64,000 nucleotides of DNA from Promethearchaeota archaeon (GTDB lineage: Archaea > Asgardarchaeota > Lokiarchaeia > Sigyniarchaeales > SOKP01), in the NCBI GenBank assembly GCA_048938025.1, contig JBHLMP010000004.1:32001-96000 (forward strand). Direction: 5' to 3'. The position numbers and the translations under genes are program-made. Shown here one piece after another: positions 47,030-56,860 of this stretch. The notes beneath the pieces are model-generated. The model worked only from the letters and a program-made list of their open reading frames with translations, did not search any database and was not told the origin of the DNA. Within the stretch, counting starts at the first letter, position 1; each line of letters begins with the position of its first letter.

Positions 47030-49282
47030 TTAAGTTCTTTTATAAATAAATCTTTCCCAACTCTTTGTATTGGGGAGTTCCTGTGGCATTCCCTTTCTTT
47101 TACGAATTTCTAAGATTACATCTTCTTCCAAAGAAGGAGGTACTCTTTCGAAACCTTTAAACTCATATCCGAAAAAAGCCTTTCCCTGTGTAGAGCTTCG
47201 GATTTCGTCTGCTATACCGATTATCTCTGCAGCAGGTATTTGCCCTTGAATTCTTACATATTCCCCTTCAGGGATGACATTGTTTATTCGACCTCGGTGC
47301 CTATTAATTATTGAATTTACTCCACCTTCAGTACCCTGTGGTGTTTTTACATCTATTTTTTGTACTGGCTCGTAAAGATGTGGATCAGCATTAAGCATAG
47401 CTAATGAGAGAGCAGAGTAACTCATGCTTGCGGTCTGTGCAAACTGAGTATGGCGGGGATCCTCATGAATTGTTAAATCTATAAATACTGCTCTAATTCC
47501 CATGGCAGGTTCTTTAGCAATTATGCACTCTTCAATCCAATTTCTAAATGAACTAACTAAATCATTTTTAATTCTATCAAATCGTTGTATTCCAGAAGTT
47601 CCATTTACTAAAATATTTCCTTTATAAACGTCAACAATACGTCTAGCTTCTTTCGTATCCCAACCTGCCTCTTCTCTTAATATTTTAGCACGCTCTTTTT
47701 CATCCTGTAAATCAGTAATTCTACCCTCATCAATTAATTCTTCAGTTTTTTCATCTAAAGGTTCTACGTATAACAGAAGACGATTATGAGCATTTGACGA
47801 TTTAGTATGAAATTGTTTACTTTTTGTATTTATTTTTTCTCTGTATACTATAATAGGTTCTCCTATATCAATTTTTACCTGATTATTTATTCTTTTAACC
47901 AGAATCTCGATTTGGAGTGGATCGATTCCAGAAAGTATATATTCTTTACTCTCCTTATCAAGGCGGAATTCTGCAGTGGGATCCGCTTGTAGCCACTTCC
48001 CAACAACGTCCCCTAATTTACCAAGGTCATGTGGATCTTGAGGTTTAATACTTCTTGACACAACAGCTTTACAAGCATAATGGATTTTTTCAAAAGTAGG
48101 GATTTTGGCAATTTCTTCTTTATCTTTAGGGACCATTTCAGTATGGATAAAAGTCTCTCCAGAAGGACAAATGAATCCATATAAAGCAAAAAGATTTCCT
48201 GCTGGTATCTTAGGAATGTCCAAAAGATCTGTTATCTCCATTACACCTAATCTTTTTACTCGATTTGAAGTTCGACTTCCAAGGAGATAGATTGAGTCAG
48301 TTTGATTGAAGGTTCCAGAGAAAACTCTCCCAATTAAAGTTGCTGCATATTGACGTCTGGGGTCCAAAAATATCTTCGTAATCATCCCATATAATGGTCC
48401 GCTAGCATCACATTTTTGCAGTGATTGTCCCAGTTCTGAGTTCAAATCACCTCCCCAGAGATGAGGAATTCTATATTTAGATGCACTAACAGGATCAGGT
48501 AGATGATCAACAACCATTCTTAACATCGGCTCATCTAATGGTAGATTATCTCGTAGCCATTGAATATCACCTTCATTATATTTTTCGAATACGGTTATAG
48601 GAGTAAGTTCTTTTTCTTTAAGAATCTGATAAGTAAATCCCCAGCCGTGCTTCGCAGAACCTATTGTTACACTATTCTTTGCGAAGTCCACACCCCAGTC
48701 GGAACCTTCTGGTCTTACTTTCTTTATCAAGTCATTAACTTGGTTTGTTATTATATCTATCTTGGCATATGTATCTTTTGGACTTAATCTGAGCTCACTG
48801 ATTAAACGATCTACTTTATTTATAAAAAGTACTGGTTTACAATATTCTTCTCCGACAGCTAATCGAATATTTGTTTCAGTTTGAGTCATAATGCCTTCTA
48901 AGGCATCAACCAAGATCATAGCACCATCACTGCCTCTTAATGCTCGCGATACTTCTCCTGTAAACGAGATATGACCAGGAGTATCGTTTAATTGTAAAAT
49001 ATATGGTTCTTCATCATCTGGTTTTCTAGGGTCTTTAAAAGCGAGTAATACGACACTTGTAAAAATTGTAATACCCCGTTCTTGTTCTTCATCATCTGAA
49101 TCGGTCATTTGGAGTTGCCCTGCATCTTCAGGTCGCATAAGTCCTGCTCTTCTTAACAAGTAATCAGTTGCAGTAGTCTTTCCATGATCGATGTGAGCAG
49201 TAATACTGAAAATTCTCTTCTTTTGATAAGAACCTTGAACCACGAGCCGTTCTATCTCTTCAGGATTCTTTACTTTTACCAT
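47030..49282 (-). CDS. fusA: Translation elongation factor 2 (divergent, possibly the Asgard paralog)
   Basis: AHIDHGKTT, EQERGITI, DTPGH, NKVD; domain IV loop HEDPRHTQFAQ. Confidence 0.92.
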   Translation of the reverse strand: MVKVKNPEEIERLVVQGSYQKKRIFSITAHIDHGKTTATDYLLRRAGLMRPEDAGQLQMTDSDDEEQERGITIFTSVVLLAFKDPRKPDDEEPYILQLNDTPGHISFTGEVSRALRGSDGAMILVDALEGIMTQTETNIRLAVGEEYCKPVLFINKVDRLISELRLSPKDTYAKIDIITNQVNDLIKKVRPEGSDWGVDFAKNSVTIGSAKHGWGFTYQILKEKELTPITVFEKYNEGDIQWLRDNLPLDEPMLRMVVDHLPDPVSASKYRIPHLWGGDLNSELGQSLQKCDASGPLYGMITKIFLDPRRQYAATLIGRVFSGTFNQTDSIYLLGSRTSNRVKRLGVMEITDLLDIPKIPAGNLFALYGFICPSGETFIHTEMVPKDKEEIAKIPTFEKIHYACKAVVSRSIKPQDPHDLGKLGDVVGKWLQADPTAEFRLDKESKEYILSGIDPLQIEILVKRINNQVKIDIGEPIIVYREKINTKSKQFHTKSSNAHNRLLLYVEPLDEKTEELIDEGRITDLQDEKERAKILREEAGWDTKEARRIVDVYKGNILVNGTSGIQRFDRIKNDLVSSFRNWIEECIIAKEPAMGIRAVFIDLTIHEDPRHTQFAQTASMSYSALSLAMLNADPHLYEPVQKIDVKTPQGTEGGVNSIINRHRGRINNVIPEGEYVRIQGQIPAAEIIGIADEIRSSTQGKAFFGYEFKGFERVPPSLEEDVILEIRKRKGMPQELPNTKSWERFIYKRT

Positions 49283-49441
49283 TGTAAGTTCACATTGTTA
49301 TAATTTGAAGTAATTATAATATTTTAATTAAATGAGAAAATATGTCAAATCATAAAAATTTTATGAATATAGGCTATAAACTGGATCTACAAAAAAAATG
49401 AGTGAAACTTTAATAAAGCCAAATAGTAATTAAAAATAATC

Positions 49442-49870
49442 CTACTCATTTGTTTTATTATTCCAAATATAAGAAATATAGTCCGTTAACGTTTCATAGT
49501 TGTGAGTAAGAATATCTTCAAATTTTTGATAATATTTCATATTAGTTCCAAATTTGTTTATTTGGTCTCGAGGAAAATATTCAAAGAATTTACTTACTAT
49601 ATAATCCAGTTCTTTTTTTACCTGTTTATCTTTCACCTTTTTAGGAAATCTGCCCACAAACATGAATCCCTCTTTAGATACAATTTTTACCTGTAAATTA
49701 TGAGTAGCAAAATGGGATAATATATCATTTAAGATGACTTTTGTAAAAGAAGATAATGCACTAATAAAACCTCCTATAAACTGGTCATTGATACTCTCGT
49801 TATTCTTTTTACTAAATACAACTACTCCTCCTTCTTTTAAAATCCATAAGTCTTGTAAATCTCTTATCAC
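49442..49870 (-). CDS. Longin-like domain protein
   Basis: LWILKEGGVVVFS...QFIGGFISALSSF...IVSKFFEYF pattern of archaeal longin-like domains; GTG start. Confidence 0.65.
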   Translation of the reverse strand: MIRDLQDLWILKEGGVVVFSKKNNESINDQFIGGFISALSSFTKVILNDILSHFATHNLQVKIVSKEGFMFVGRFPKKVKDKQVKKELDYIVSKFFEYFPRDQINKFGTNMKYYQKFEDILTHNYETLTDYISYIWNNKTNE

Positions 49871-50036
49871 TATATTTCCTTCTGAATGATGGTAACTAAT
49901 TTAATCAGACTAAACATAATATATACTTCGAATATTTAAACTTGCGCTGATTGCGACAAAAAATGTTGTTTGCCTAATTTTAAAATAAAGAAAGAGAACT
50001 GTAAAATACTAGTTATTTTTCTTAATTTCCTCTGGC

Positions 50037-50468
50037 TTATTCAACGTATTTGTAACCTAATTTCTTTAAGGTTTCAATTTCTTTCTGTTTGTGAATTTCT
50101 GCTAACTTATCTTTTGTTTTTTCCCATTCGGGACCAGTTAGAGGATAAATTTTCATTACAAAAAAACATAATAATAAAAATATTGCAGGCAACAACATCC
50201 ATCCAATAATAATACCTGTTTCTATTCGAAAAGATTGCTGACCGGGATCTAAATCTTTATCAAAACCAAAGACTACAATAATAAACAGAAAGACCGATTC
50301 TGCGATACTATAGGCATATTTCGTTACAAAAGAATTAATGCCAGCATACATTCCTTCTCTTCTTTGACCTGTCATATTTTCATCCTTATCAATTACATCT
50401 CCGTTCATTAAAGGAATTAAATATAAAGCACCTGTTAATCCGATACCTAATCCTATAAATCCTATCAT
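50037..50468 (-). pseudogene. C-terminal fragment of a GPH/MelB-type MFS transporter
   Basis: DVIDKDENMTGQRREGMYAG and YPL motifs; only 143 aa and starts 26 nt after the cca stop. Confidence 0.75.
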
Positions 50469-50494
50469 TGTTATTGAAAAATAAAACTGTAATA

Positions 50495-51952
50495 TTAGAT
50501 ATAAAAAGGTAAAACCATTTCTTTTAAAATGAAAATAGTTTTTTTTCCAGAACTAGATTTACACTTTAAAGAAATTGATACATTATAAATACTAAGGTTA
50601 TCTGGAATCTTATTCTTAATAAAATCTTTTAAAAATTCAGAGAATTGATAATATCCTCTTTTAGTTTCAACCCATAAATAGCCTTTTTTTTCAAAATGTT
50701 CTGGATTTTTTTCTTTAAATTTATTAGCATGAAATTCTTCTTTAACTGGAGGTCCTCTTCGAATATATGTTGTTGAGATTTGTGGTTTTTCACAATAAAT
50801 AGCTATGTTATATTCATCAACTTCATCTTCAAAAAAAATTTCAAAAAATATATTTCCAAATCGTTCTGCACGAGTAAACTCCCTTTCTCCATTAGCTTTA
50901 ATGCTTTCTGCTAGTGAATCTAATTTATCTCTATTTATTGTATAATGAATGTCTTTATTATTATTTCTTAATTCGATAATGAAGATTTTTGATAGAATTG
51001 GATCTTTTAAATTAGAAAGATCTACTTCTGGTATTGCTTTTTGTATGAAAAATTCTTTAGACGGTTTTTTCAAAAACTTTTTTATTTTTTCGTTACAAAA
51101 AGTATATGCTCTTCCTGATATTGCTGAAGCAACATTTCTATTCTTATCTATTGGATCTATAATTATAAGATAATCATTCTGAAAATGTTGTATTCTCTTT
51201 AATTCATTGTTATTTCTTTTATAATAATCCAACGGTTTTTGCTTTAGAGTGTGAAAATTTCTAAAAAGTTTTTGGATATTCCCAAAATAATAGATCAATA
51301 ATTCAGCACTGTATCCAATAAATCCAACCTTACCAACAGCACTAGTATCTCCATAACAATGACTAGATTTAAAGAATTGCTTTAATAACCTAACATCATT
51401 TTTCTGTTCAACAGTTAAATTTTCTCTTATAAATTGACCATGCCACGGAGATCTGTCAACTGCGGTGATTGGTCCCTTTTGTTCTATGAACTTTTTATCT
51501 AAATCAAAATATAGAACAATATCGATTTTTATTTTAATGTTATTTACTACATAATCCACTGTTACATATGGATGTTCAGCATATAGAAGCCGTGGATTTT
51601 GAAATTCTTTTAATGTTAGAGATTTAATAATCCAATTATTACAAAGTCTTAAAAAATCTTTTTTGGATTCTTTTTTTAATTTATTTTTGCTTAGGCCTTC
51701 ATAGGTTGGTTTATATAAATTATAATCTAATCCAATAAATAAGTCGATGTCAAAATCCCCTTTTAATTGAGTTTGTTTGATACCAGTTGATCCCTGCGAT
51801 TCAATTAAAGTGTAATTAATGTTTAATTCTTCTGCTTTGCTTTTCAGTAAATGCTTTAATTTCTCAACTATTTCATTAATTAACTTTAACTCTTGATTAG
51901 TTGGAATGATTTCATTTAAGGTGTTTATTAAGATCTCATTAATCGATGTCAT
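50495..51952 (-). CDS. cca: CCA-adding enzyme (archaeal class I)
   Basis: GS...DFDIDLF, YAEHPY, AVDRSPWH, GYSAELL, DPIDKNRNVASA. Confidence 0.93.
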   Translation of the reverse strand: MTSINEILINTLNEIIPTNQELKLINEIVEKLKHLLKSKAEELNINYTLIESQGSTGIKQTQLKGDFDIDLFIGLDYNLYKPTYEGLSKNKLKKESKKDFLRLCNNWIIKSLTLKEFQNPRLLYAEHPYVTVDYVVNNIKIKIDIVLYFDLDKKFIEQKGPITAVDRSPWHGQFIRENLTVEQKNDVRLLKQFFKSSHCYGDTSAVGKVGFIGYSAELLIYYFGNIQKLFRNFHTLKQKPLDYYKRNNNELKRIQHFQNDYLIIIDPIDKNRNVASAISGRAYTFCNEKIKKFLKKPSKEFFIQKAIPEVDLSNLKDPILSKIFIIELRNNNKDIHYTINRDKLDSLAESIKANGEREFTRAERFGNIFFEIFFEDEVDEYNIAIYCEKPQISTTYIRRGPPVKEEFHANKFKEKNPEHFEKKGYLWVETKRGYYQFSEFLKDFIKNKIPDNLSIYNVSISLKCKSSSGKKTIFILKEMVLPFYI

Positions 51953-52037
51953 ATTACTTGTAAAAATATCAATTAATAATGTAAATAGTATACATACAAT
52001 TAAATATTACTTTAGATAAAAAAAAGAATTCTCATTA

Positions 52038-53846
52038 TTACATACCCCACCAAGGATGTTCGTAGGTTCTCTTTAATTTAATATACTCTCTTAAAGCTTG
52101 TTTTTGATCTGTGGTTAATTCATCAATGAACTTTCCCATTAATTGCCTAACGTGAGATTCGGGGACATTTACAAATAAAGTTTCGTCTTTTCCTATATCT
52201 CGACCTATTTCAATACCACGGATAGAAATAGCTACCTCAGAATCCTTAGATGCTTTTTCTATTGTTTGACCTTTATCTTGAATTTGATGAACTCTTCTGA
52301 CTCTTTTTCCTGTGTTAGTTATTAAGGGTACTTTTGGATATAAAGTTCCAGCTTCAACATATACGCCAAATACTGCGGGATCTGAATTTCGAAATATAAA
52401 ATCTGGGAGCATCTTAATCTTTGCTGGTAATACTAATTCATTTAACGCTTTAGCAGTATCTTCCGCTTTCCTAGTTTCAGCATATTCAATATAATCTTCT
52501 AACAATCGATAAATAACATTATTTGTAAAGATTCTGATATTATCAATATTAGCTTGTTCTTGAGCTTCTGGTAATATCGGAATATTAAACCCTAAAACAG
52601 TTGCAGAATAAGGATCGAAATCTTTGACTATATTTGCATTCATTACATCTTCTTTCTTAATCGACCCAACATCGGCTACACTAATTTTAACTCCATTCTT
52701 TGTAAAAAAACTCACTAAGGCTTCAAGAGAACCTAAAGTATCTGCCTTTAATACTACTCCTGCTTTTTCTGTTCTAATTCTAATAGCTTGAACTTCTTCT
52801 TCAATTTCTTTATAGATAACTTCTTCCTTGGAAGGATCTCCAATTCCCTTAAAAGGTGATCCTGCTACTACATCATCAATATTTGGAGCTAATATTTTTA
52901 CACCAGCTGCGGCACTCACAAATTCTTCCGAATCGAATTTTTGGCGAGGATCTCTGATCTCGTCTAATGGTTTTGGTATTAAAATTGCTCTAACTTTTGA
53001 TTTAATTGGCTTTTCTAATCCTCCAACAATAAATTCATCTCCTTTTCTAATAATACCATCATAAATTAATACATCCATTGTTTTTCCTTGACCCTTTTCC
53101 TTCTTTACTTCTAATACAACTCCTTTAGCAGCACCAGAAGAGAATTTTAAATTTGGTGTTAAAAATTGTTGAACTAAACCCATTAATATCAATAATAATG
53201 TTGAAATACCTTCTCCTGTTTTAGCACTTGTAGGAACGATAGCAATCTTTTTAGTGAAATCTTTTATCTTATCATATCTATCTATGCCTTTAAATCCCTC
53301 TTCTAAGAAGTTAGTACTTATTTGCACAAGCTTCTCATCTAAAAAGTCCTTTACATGAGGTTTTTGAGATTTAAAAGTATCTAAAAAGTCAGCATCATTT
53401 TTTGATTTCCAGCCAGATATTCTATCAATTTTATTAGCAGCTATAACGAAAGGTGTTTTTCTTTCTCTCAATATTCTTACAGATTCCCAAGTTATTGGCA
53501 TTGTCCCAGCTGTAACATCAATTACTAAAATTGCGATATCTGCAACAGCGCCACCTCTTCTTCTAAGATTCAAAAAAGCAGCATGACCGGGAGTATCAAT
53601 TATTAATATACCTGGAAGTTTAATATCTTTTTCTGCAAATTCTTGTTTTGATTTTTTTAAAAAGTCCTTAATATCTTGAGTTGGAAAGTATGATGCTCCT
53701 ATGTGTTGAGTAATCCCTGCCGCTTCTCTTTTTTGAACAACAGTACCCCTAATATAATCTAAGAGTGATGTTTTGCCATGATCAATATGGCCTAAAATAC
53801 ATGCAATTGGGGCTCTAATTATTTTAGATTCTTCTTGAGTAGCCAT
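52038..53846 (-). CDS. infB: Translation initiation factor IF-2 (aIF5B)
   Basis: GHIDHGKT, GITQHIGA, DTPGH, NKID, KADTLGSLEAL, C-terminal WGM. Confidence 0.96.
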   Translation of the reverse strand: MATQEESKIIRAPIACILGHIDHGKTSLLDYIRGTVVQKREAAGITQHIGASYFPTQDIKDFLKKSKQEFAEKDIKLPGILIIDTPGHAAFLNLRRRGGAVADIAILVIDVTAGTMPITWESVRILRERKTPFVIAANKIDRISGWKSKNDADFLDTFKSQKPHVKDFLDEKLVQISTNFLEEGFKGIDRYDKIKDFTKKIAIVPTSAKTGEGISTLLLILMGLVQQFLTPNLKFSSGAAKGVVLEVKKEKGQGKTMDVLIYDGIIRKGDEFIVGGLEKPIKSKVRAILIPKPLDEIRDPRQKFDSEEFVSAAAGVKILAPNIDDVVAGSPFKGIGDPSKEEVIYKEIEEEVQAIRIRTEKAGVVLKADTLGSLEALVSFFTKNGVKISVADVGSIKKEDVMNANIVKDFDPYSATVLGFNIPILPEAQEQANIDNIRIFTNNVIYRLLEDYIEYAETRKAEDTAKALNELVLPAKIKMLPDFIFRNSDPAVFGVYVEAGTLYPKVPLITNTGKRVRRVHQIQDKGQTIEKASKDSEVAISIRGIEIGRDIGKDETLFVNVPESHVRQLMGKFIDELTTDQKQALREYIKLKRTYEHPWWGM

Positions 53847-53945
53847 TTTTCACCACAAATTTGGAATTAATGTATTAATCTTCTTAATATGAATAATATT
53901 TTAAAAAAAGTAAGGAAAAGTAAAGAAATTTTTCTTTCTTAAGAA

Positions 53946-56819
53946 TCAATTATCATTTAAATATTTTTTAAGATACTTTGCGGTATAGGAACTTTTATAA
54001 TTAATTATTTCTTCTGGTGACCCTACTACAACTACTTTACCACCTTTTTCTCCACCTTCAGGTCCAAGATCGATAATATAATCTACAGATTTGATAATAT
54101 CCATATTGTGTTCTATGATAATAACAGTATTCCCCTTATCCACTAATTTTTGAAGAACTTTAAGTAAAAAATTAATGTCATAAGATGATAAACCAGTCGT
54201 CGGCTCATCTAAGATATAAAGTGTATTGCCAGTACTAGTTTTTCTTAATTCTCTTGCGATTTTTATTCTTTGAGACTCTCCACCGCTTAGTGTAGTTGAT
54301 GATTGACCTAATTCTAGATATCCTAATCCAACATCTACAACAGTTTTTAAAGTTCTTTTTAAATTCGGATAACTATCAAAAAACTCAAGTGCTTGATTGA
54401 AGGTCATTTCTAAAACGTCTGATATTGTCTTTCCACGATATTTAATTTCAAGTGTTTCAGCGTTATATCTTTTTCCTTTACATAAATCGCATTTAATATA
54501 AACATCTGGTAAAAAGTACATTTCTTTAAGTATATATCCTGTACCTTTGCATTTCTTACAATGTCCAACTTTTGTATTAAAACTAAATCTTCCTTTTTTA
54601 TATCCTCTTTCTCTTGATTCAGGCAACCCAGCAAAAATTTCTCTAATATAGTCTAATGCTTTTGTATAAGTTGCTGGTACAGACCTAGGAGTTCTTCCTA
54701 TTGGTGATTGATCAATATTAATTATTTTATCAATTTTTTCGAAACCAATTATATCATCAAACTCTCCAGCATATAATTTGGAACTACGTGTATTGATTAT
54801 ATTATGCAACCCTTTATACAAACAATCAATTATCAGACTGGTCTTGCCTGCTCCTGAAACTCCAGTAATACATGTAAATAAACCTAAAGGTATCTTAACA
54901 TCAATCTTTTTTAGATTATTTTCTCTTGCTCCTTTAATTTCTAGATAATCATCATTTATTTTTCGCCTATTTTTTGGAATTTCTATTTTCTTTTTTCCTG
55001 ATAAATACATTCCAGTTAAAGTATCTGAATTTACAATTGTATCCAATGGCCCTTCAGCAACTATTTCCCCGCCTTTTTCTCCTGCTAAGGGACCTAAATC
55101 AATAATATGATCTGCATTTTGTATTATTGCATTATCATGTTCTACCACTATTACAGTATTACCCAAATCCCTCAATTTTTTCAACATATTTATAAGGCGA
55201 TTAATATCTCTTTGATGCAATCCTACGCTAGGTTCATCTAAGACATATAAAACTCCCACTAGACTTGAACCTAATTGAGTGGCTAATCTTATTCTTTCTG
55301 CTTCTCCAACAGATAAAGTATCTGATCGCCGACTAAGAGTAATATAATCTAATCCTACATTTTCTAGAAATGATAATCTATCAAAGATCTCTTTTAAGAC
55401 TTCTTTAACTATAGTTTTTTGTGTTTCATCTAGCTCTAATGCCTTGAAAAATTTAATTGATTCTTTAACTGATAATTCTGATAATTCTGCAATATTGAGG
55501 TCATTAATAGTGACTGCCAAGCTTTCTTGCTTTAACCTTTGACCATTGCATTGGGGGCATTTAACTTTATTCATAAAATTTTCATAAATATCTCGAGCCC
55601 ATTCAGAGCTAGTCTCCATGTATCTTCTGTGTAACCAGGGGATTACTCCTTCAAACGGTCTAACAACATGCCATGAGGATTTAACTTCATTCTTATAATT
55701 TCTATGATTATTATTATCACTTTCAAAATGAAACTCAATTGATTCGTTATCTGTACCAAATAATATCTTATCAAGCTTTTTCGGATCTATATCTTTAATA
55801 ATTGTTTTATTAGTATCAATACCGTAATGCTTAGCAACTTGTTGTAATGATTGCCAAACATATCCTGATTCGGATCCAAATCCAGGAATATTTCTAATAG
55901 GTGTATCTTGAAGTGGAACATCTAAATTATCACCTAAGATTAACCCATAATCAAATTCCATTACTGAACCTAATCCATTGCAATATTTACAACTTCCATG
56001 TGGTATATTAAATGAGAACATTTTGTGGTCTAGTTGAGGAATTGAAATACCACAGTCTACACATGCTAGATGTTCTGAAAATATTTGTTCTGTATTTCCA
56101 AGAATGTCAATAATAACTAAACCATCTGTTAAATCTAAAGCTGTTTCGATTGAATCCGCAAGTCTTGCTCTAATATCTTTATTCATTACTAACCTATCCA
56201 CAATAACATTGATTGTATGTTTCATATTCTTTTCCATTGAAATTTCTTCGTCAAGAGTGTATTGAATACCATCAATCTCAACTCTCCCATATCCCTGTTT
56301 CTTAAGATCTTGTAAGAGTTCTTTATATTCTCCCTTCCGATCTCTTATCACTGGTGCCTTTATTACAAACTTTTGATTTTCTTTGATCGAATCTAAGACT
56401 TGTTGGATTATCTGTTGTGGAGTTTGAGGTTTAATTTCTTTACCACAATTTGGACAATGTGGTATTCCTACATTTGCAAATAATAGTCTGTAATAATCAT
56501 AAATCTCTGTTACTGTACCTACTGTACTTCTTGGATTTTTTGATAATGGCTTTTGTTCAATAGCGATTGCAGGAGATAAACCCTCAATAGAATCTACGTC
56601 TGGTTTATCCATCTCTCCAAGAAATTGTCTTGCATAACTAGATAAAGATTCAAGAAATCTTCTTTGTCCTTCTGCATATAAAGTATCCATTGCTAAACTA
56701 GATTTTCCACTTCCACTAATACCTGTTATTACTATTAATTTATTACGTGGAATTACGACATTAATATTTTTTAAGTTGTTTTGTCTTGCTCCTTTAATTA
56801 TGATGGAATCTTCGCTCAT
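53946..56819 (-). CDS. uvrA: Excinuclease ABC subunit A
   Basis: GISGSGKSSL, EGQRR, LDEPSVGLH, GVSGAGKT, DQSPIGRTPRS, LSGGE, LDEPTTGL. Confidence 0.97.
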   Translation of the reverse strand: MSEDSIIIKGARQNNLKNINVVIPRNKLIVITGISGSGKSSLAMDTLYAEGQRRFLESLSSYARQFLGEMDKPDVDSIEGLSPAIAIEQKPLSKNPRSTVGTVTEIYDYYRLLFANVGIPHCPNCGKEIKPQTPQQIIQQVLDSIKENQKFVIKAPVIRDRKGEYKELLQDLKKQGYGRVEIDGIQYTLDEEISMEKNMKHTINVIVDRLVMNKDIRARLADSIETALDLTDGLVIIDILGNTEQIFSEHLACVDCGISIPQLDHKMFSFNIPHGSCKYCNGLGSVMEFDYGLILGDNLDVPLQDTPIRNIPGFGSESGYVWQSLQQVAKHYGIDTNKTIIKDIDPKKLDKILFGTDNESIEFHFESDNNNHRNYKNEVKSSWHVVRPFEGVIPWLHRRYMETSSEWARDIYENFMNKVKCPQCNGQRLKQESLAVTINDLNIAELSELSVKESIKFFKALELDETQKTIVKEVLKEIFDRLSFLENVGLDYITLSRRSDTLSVGEAERIRLATQLGSSLVGVLYVLDEPSVGLHQRDINRLINMLKKLRDLGNTVIVVEHDNAIIQNADHIIDLGPLAGEKGGEIVAEGPLDTIVNSDTLTGMYLSGKKKIEIPKNRRKINDDYLEIKGARENNLKKIDVKIPLGLFTCITGVSGAGKTSLIIDCLYKGLHNIINTRSSKLYAGEFDDIIGFEKIDKIINIDQSPIGRTPRSVPATYTKALDYIREIFAGLPESRERGYKKGRFSFNTKVGHCKKCKGTGYILKEMYFLPDVYIKCDLCKGKRYNAETLEIKYRGKTISDVLEMTFNQALEFFDSYPNLKRTLKTVVDVGLGYLELGQSSTTLSGGESQRIKIARELRKTSTGNTLYILDEPTTGLSSYDINFLLKVLQKLVDKGNTVIIIEHNMDIIKSVDYIIDLGPEGGEKGGKVVVVGSPEEIINYKSSYTAKYLKKYLNDN

Positions 56820-56860
56820 TGTTTTATCTAACTATTTCAATTTATAATAAAAGAAAAATC

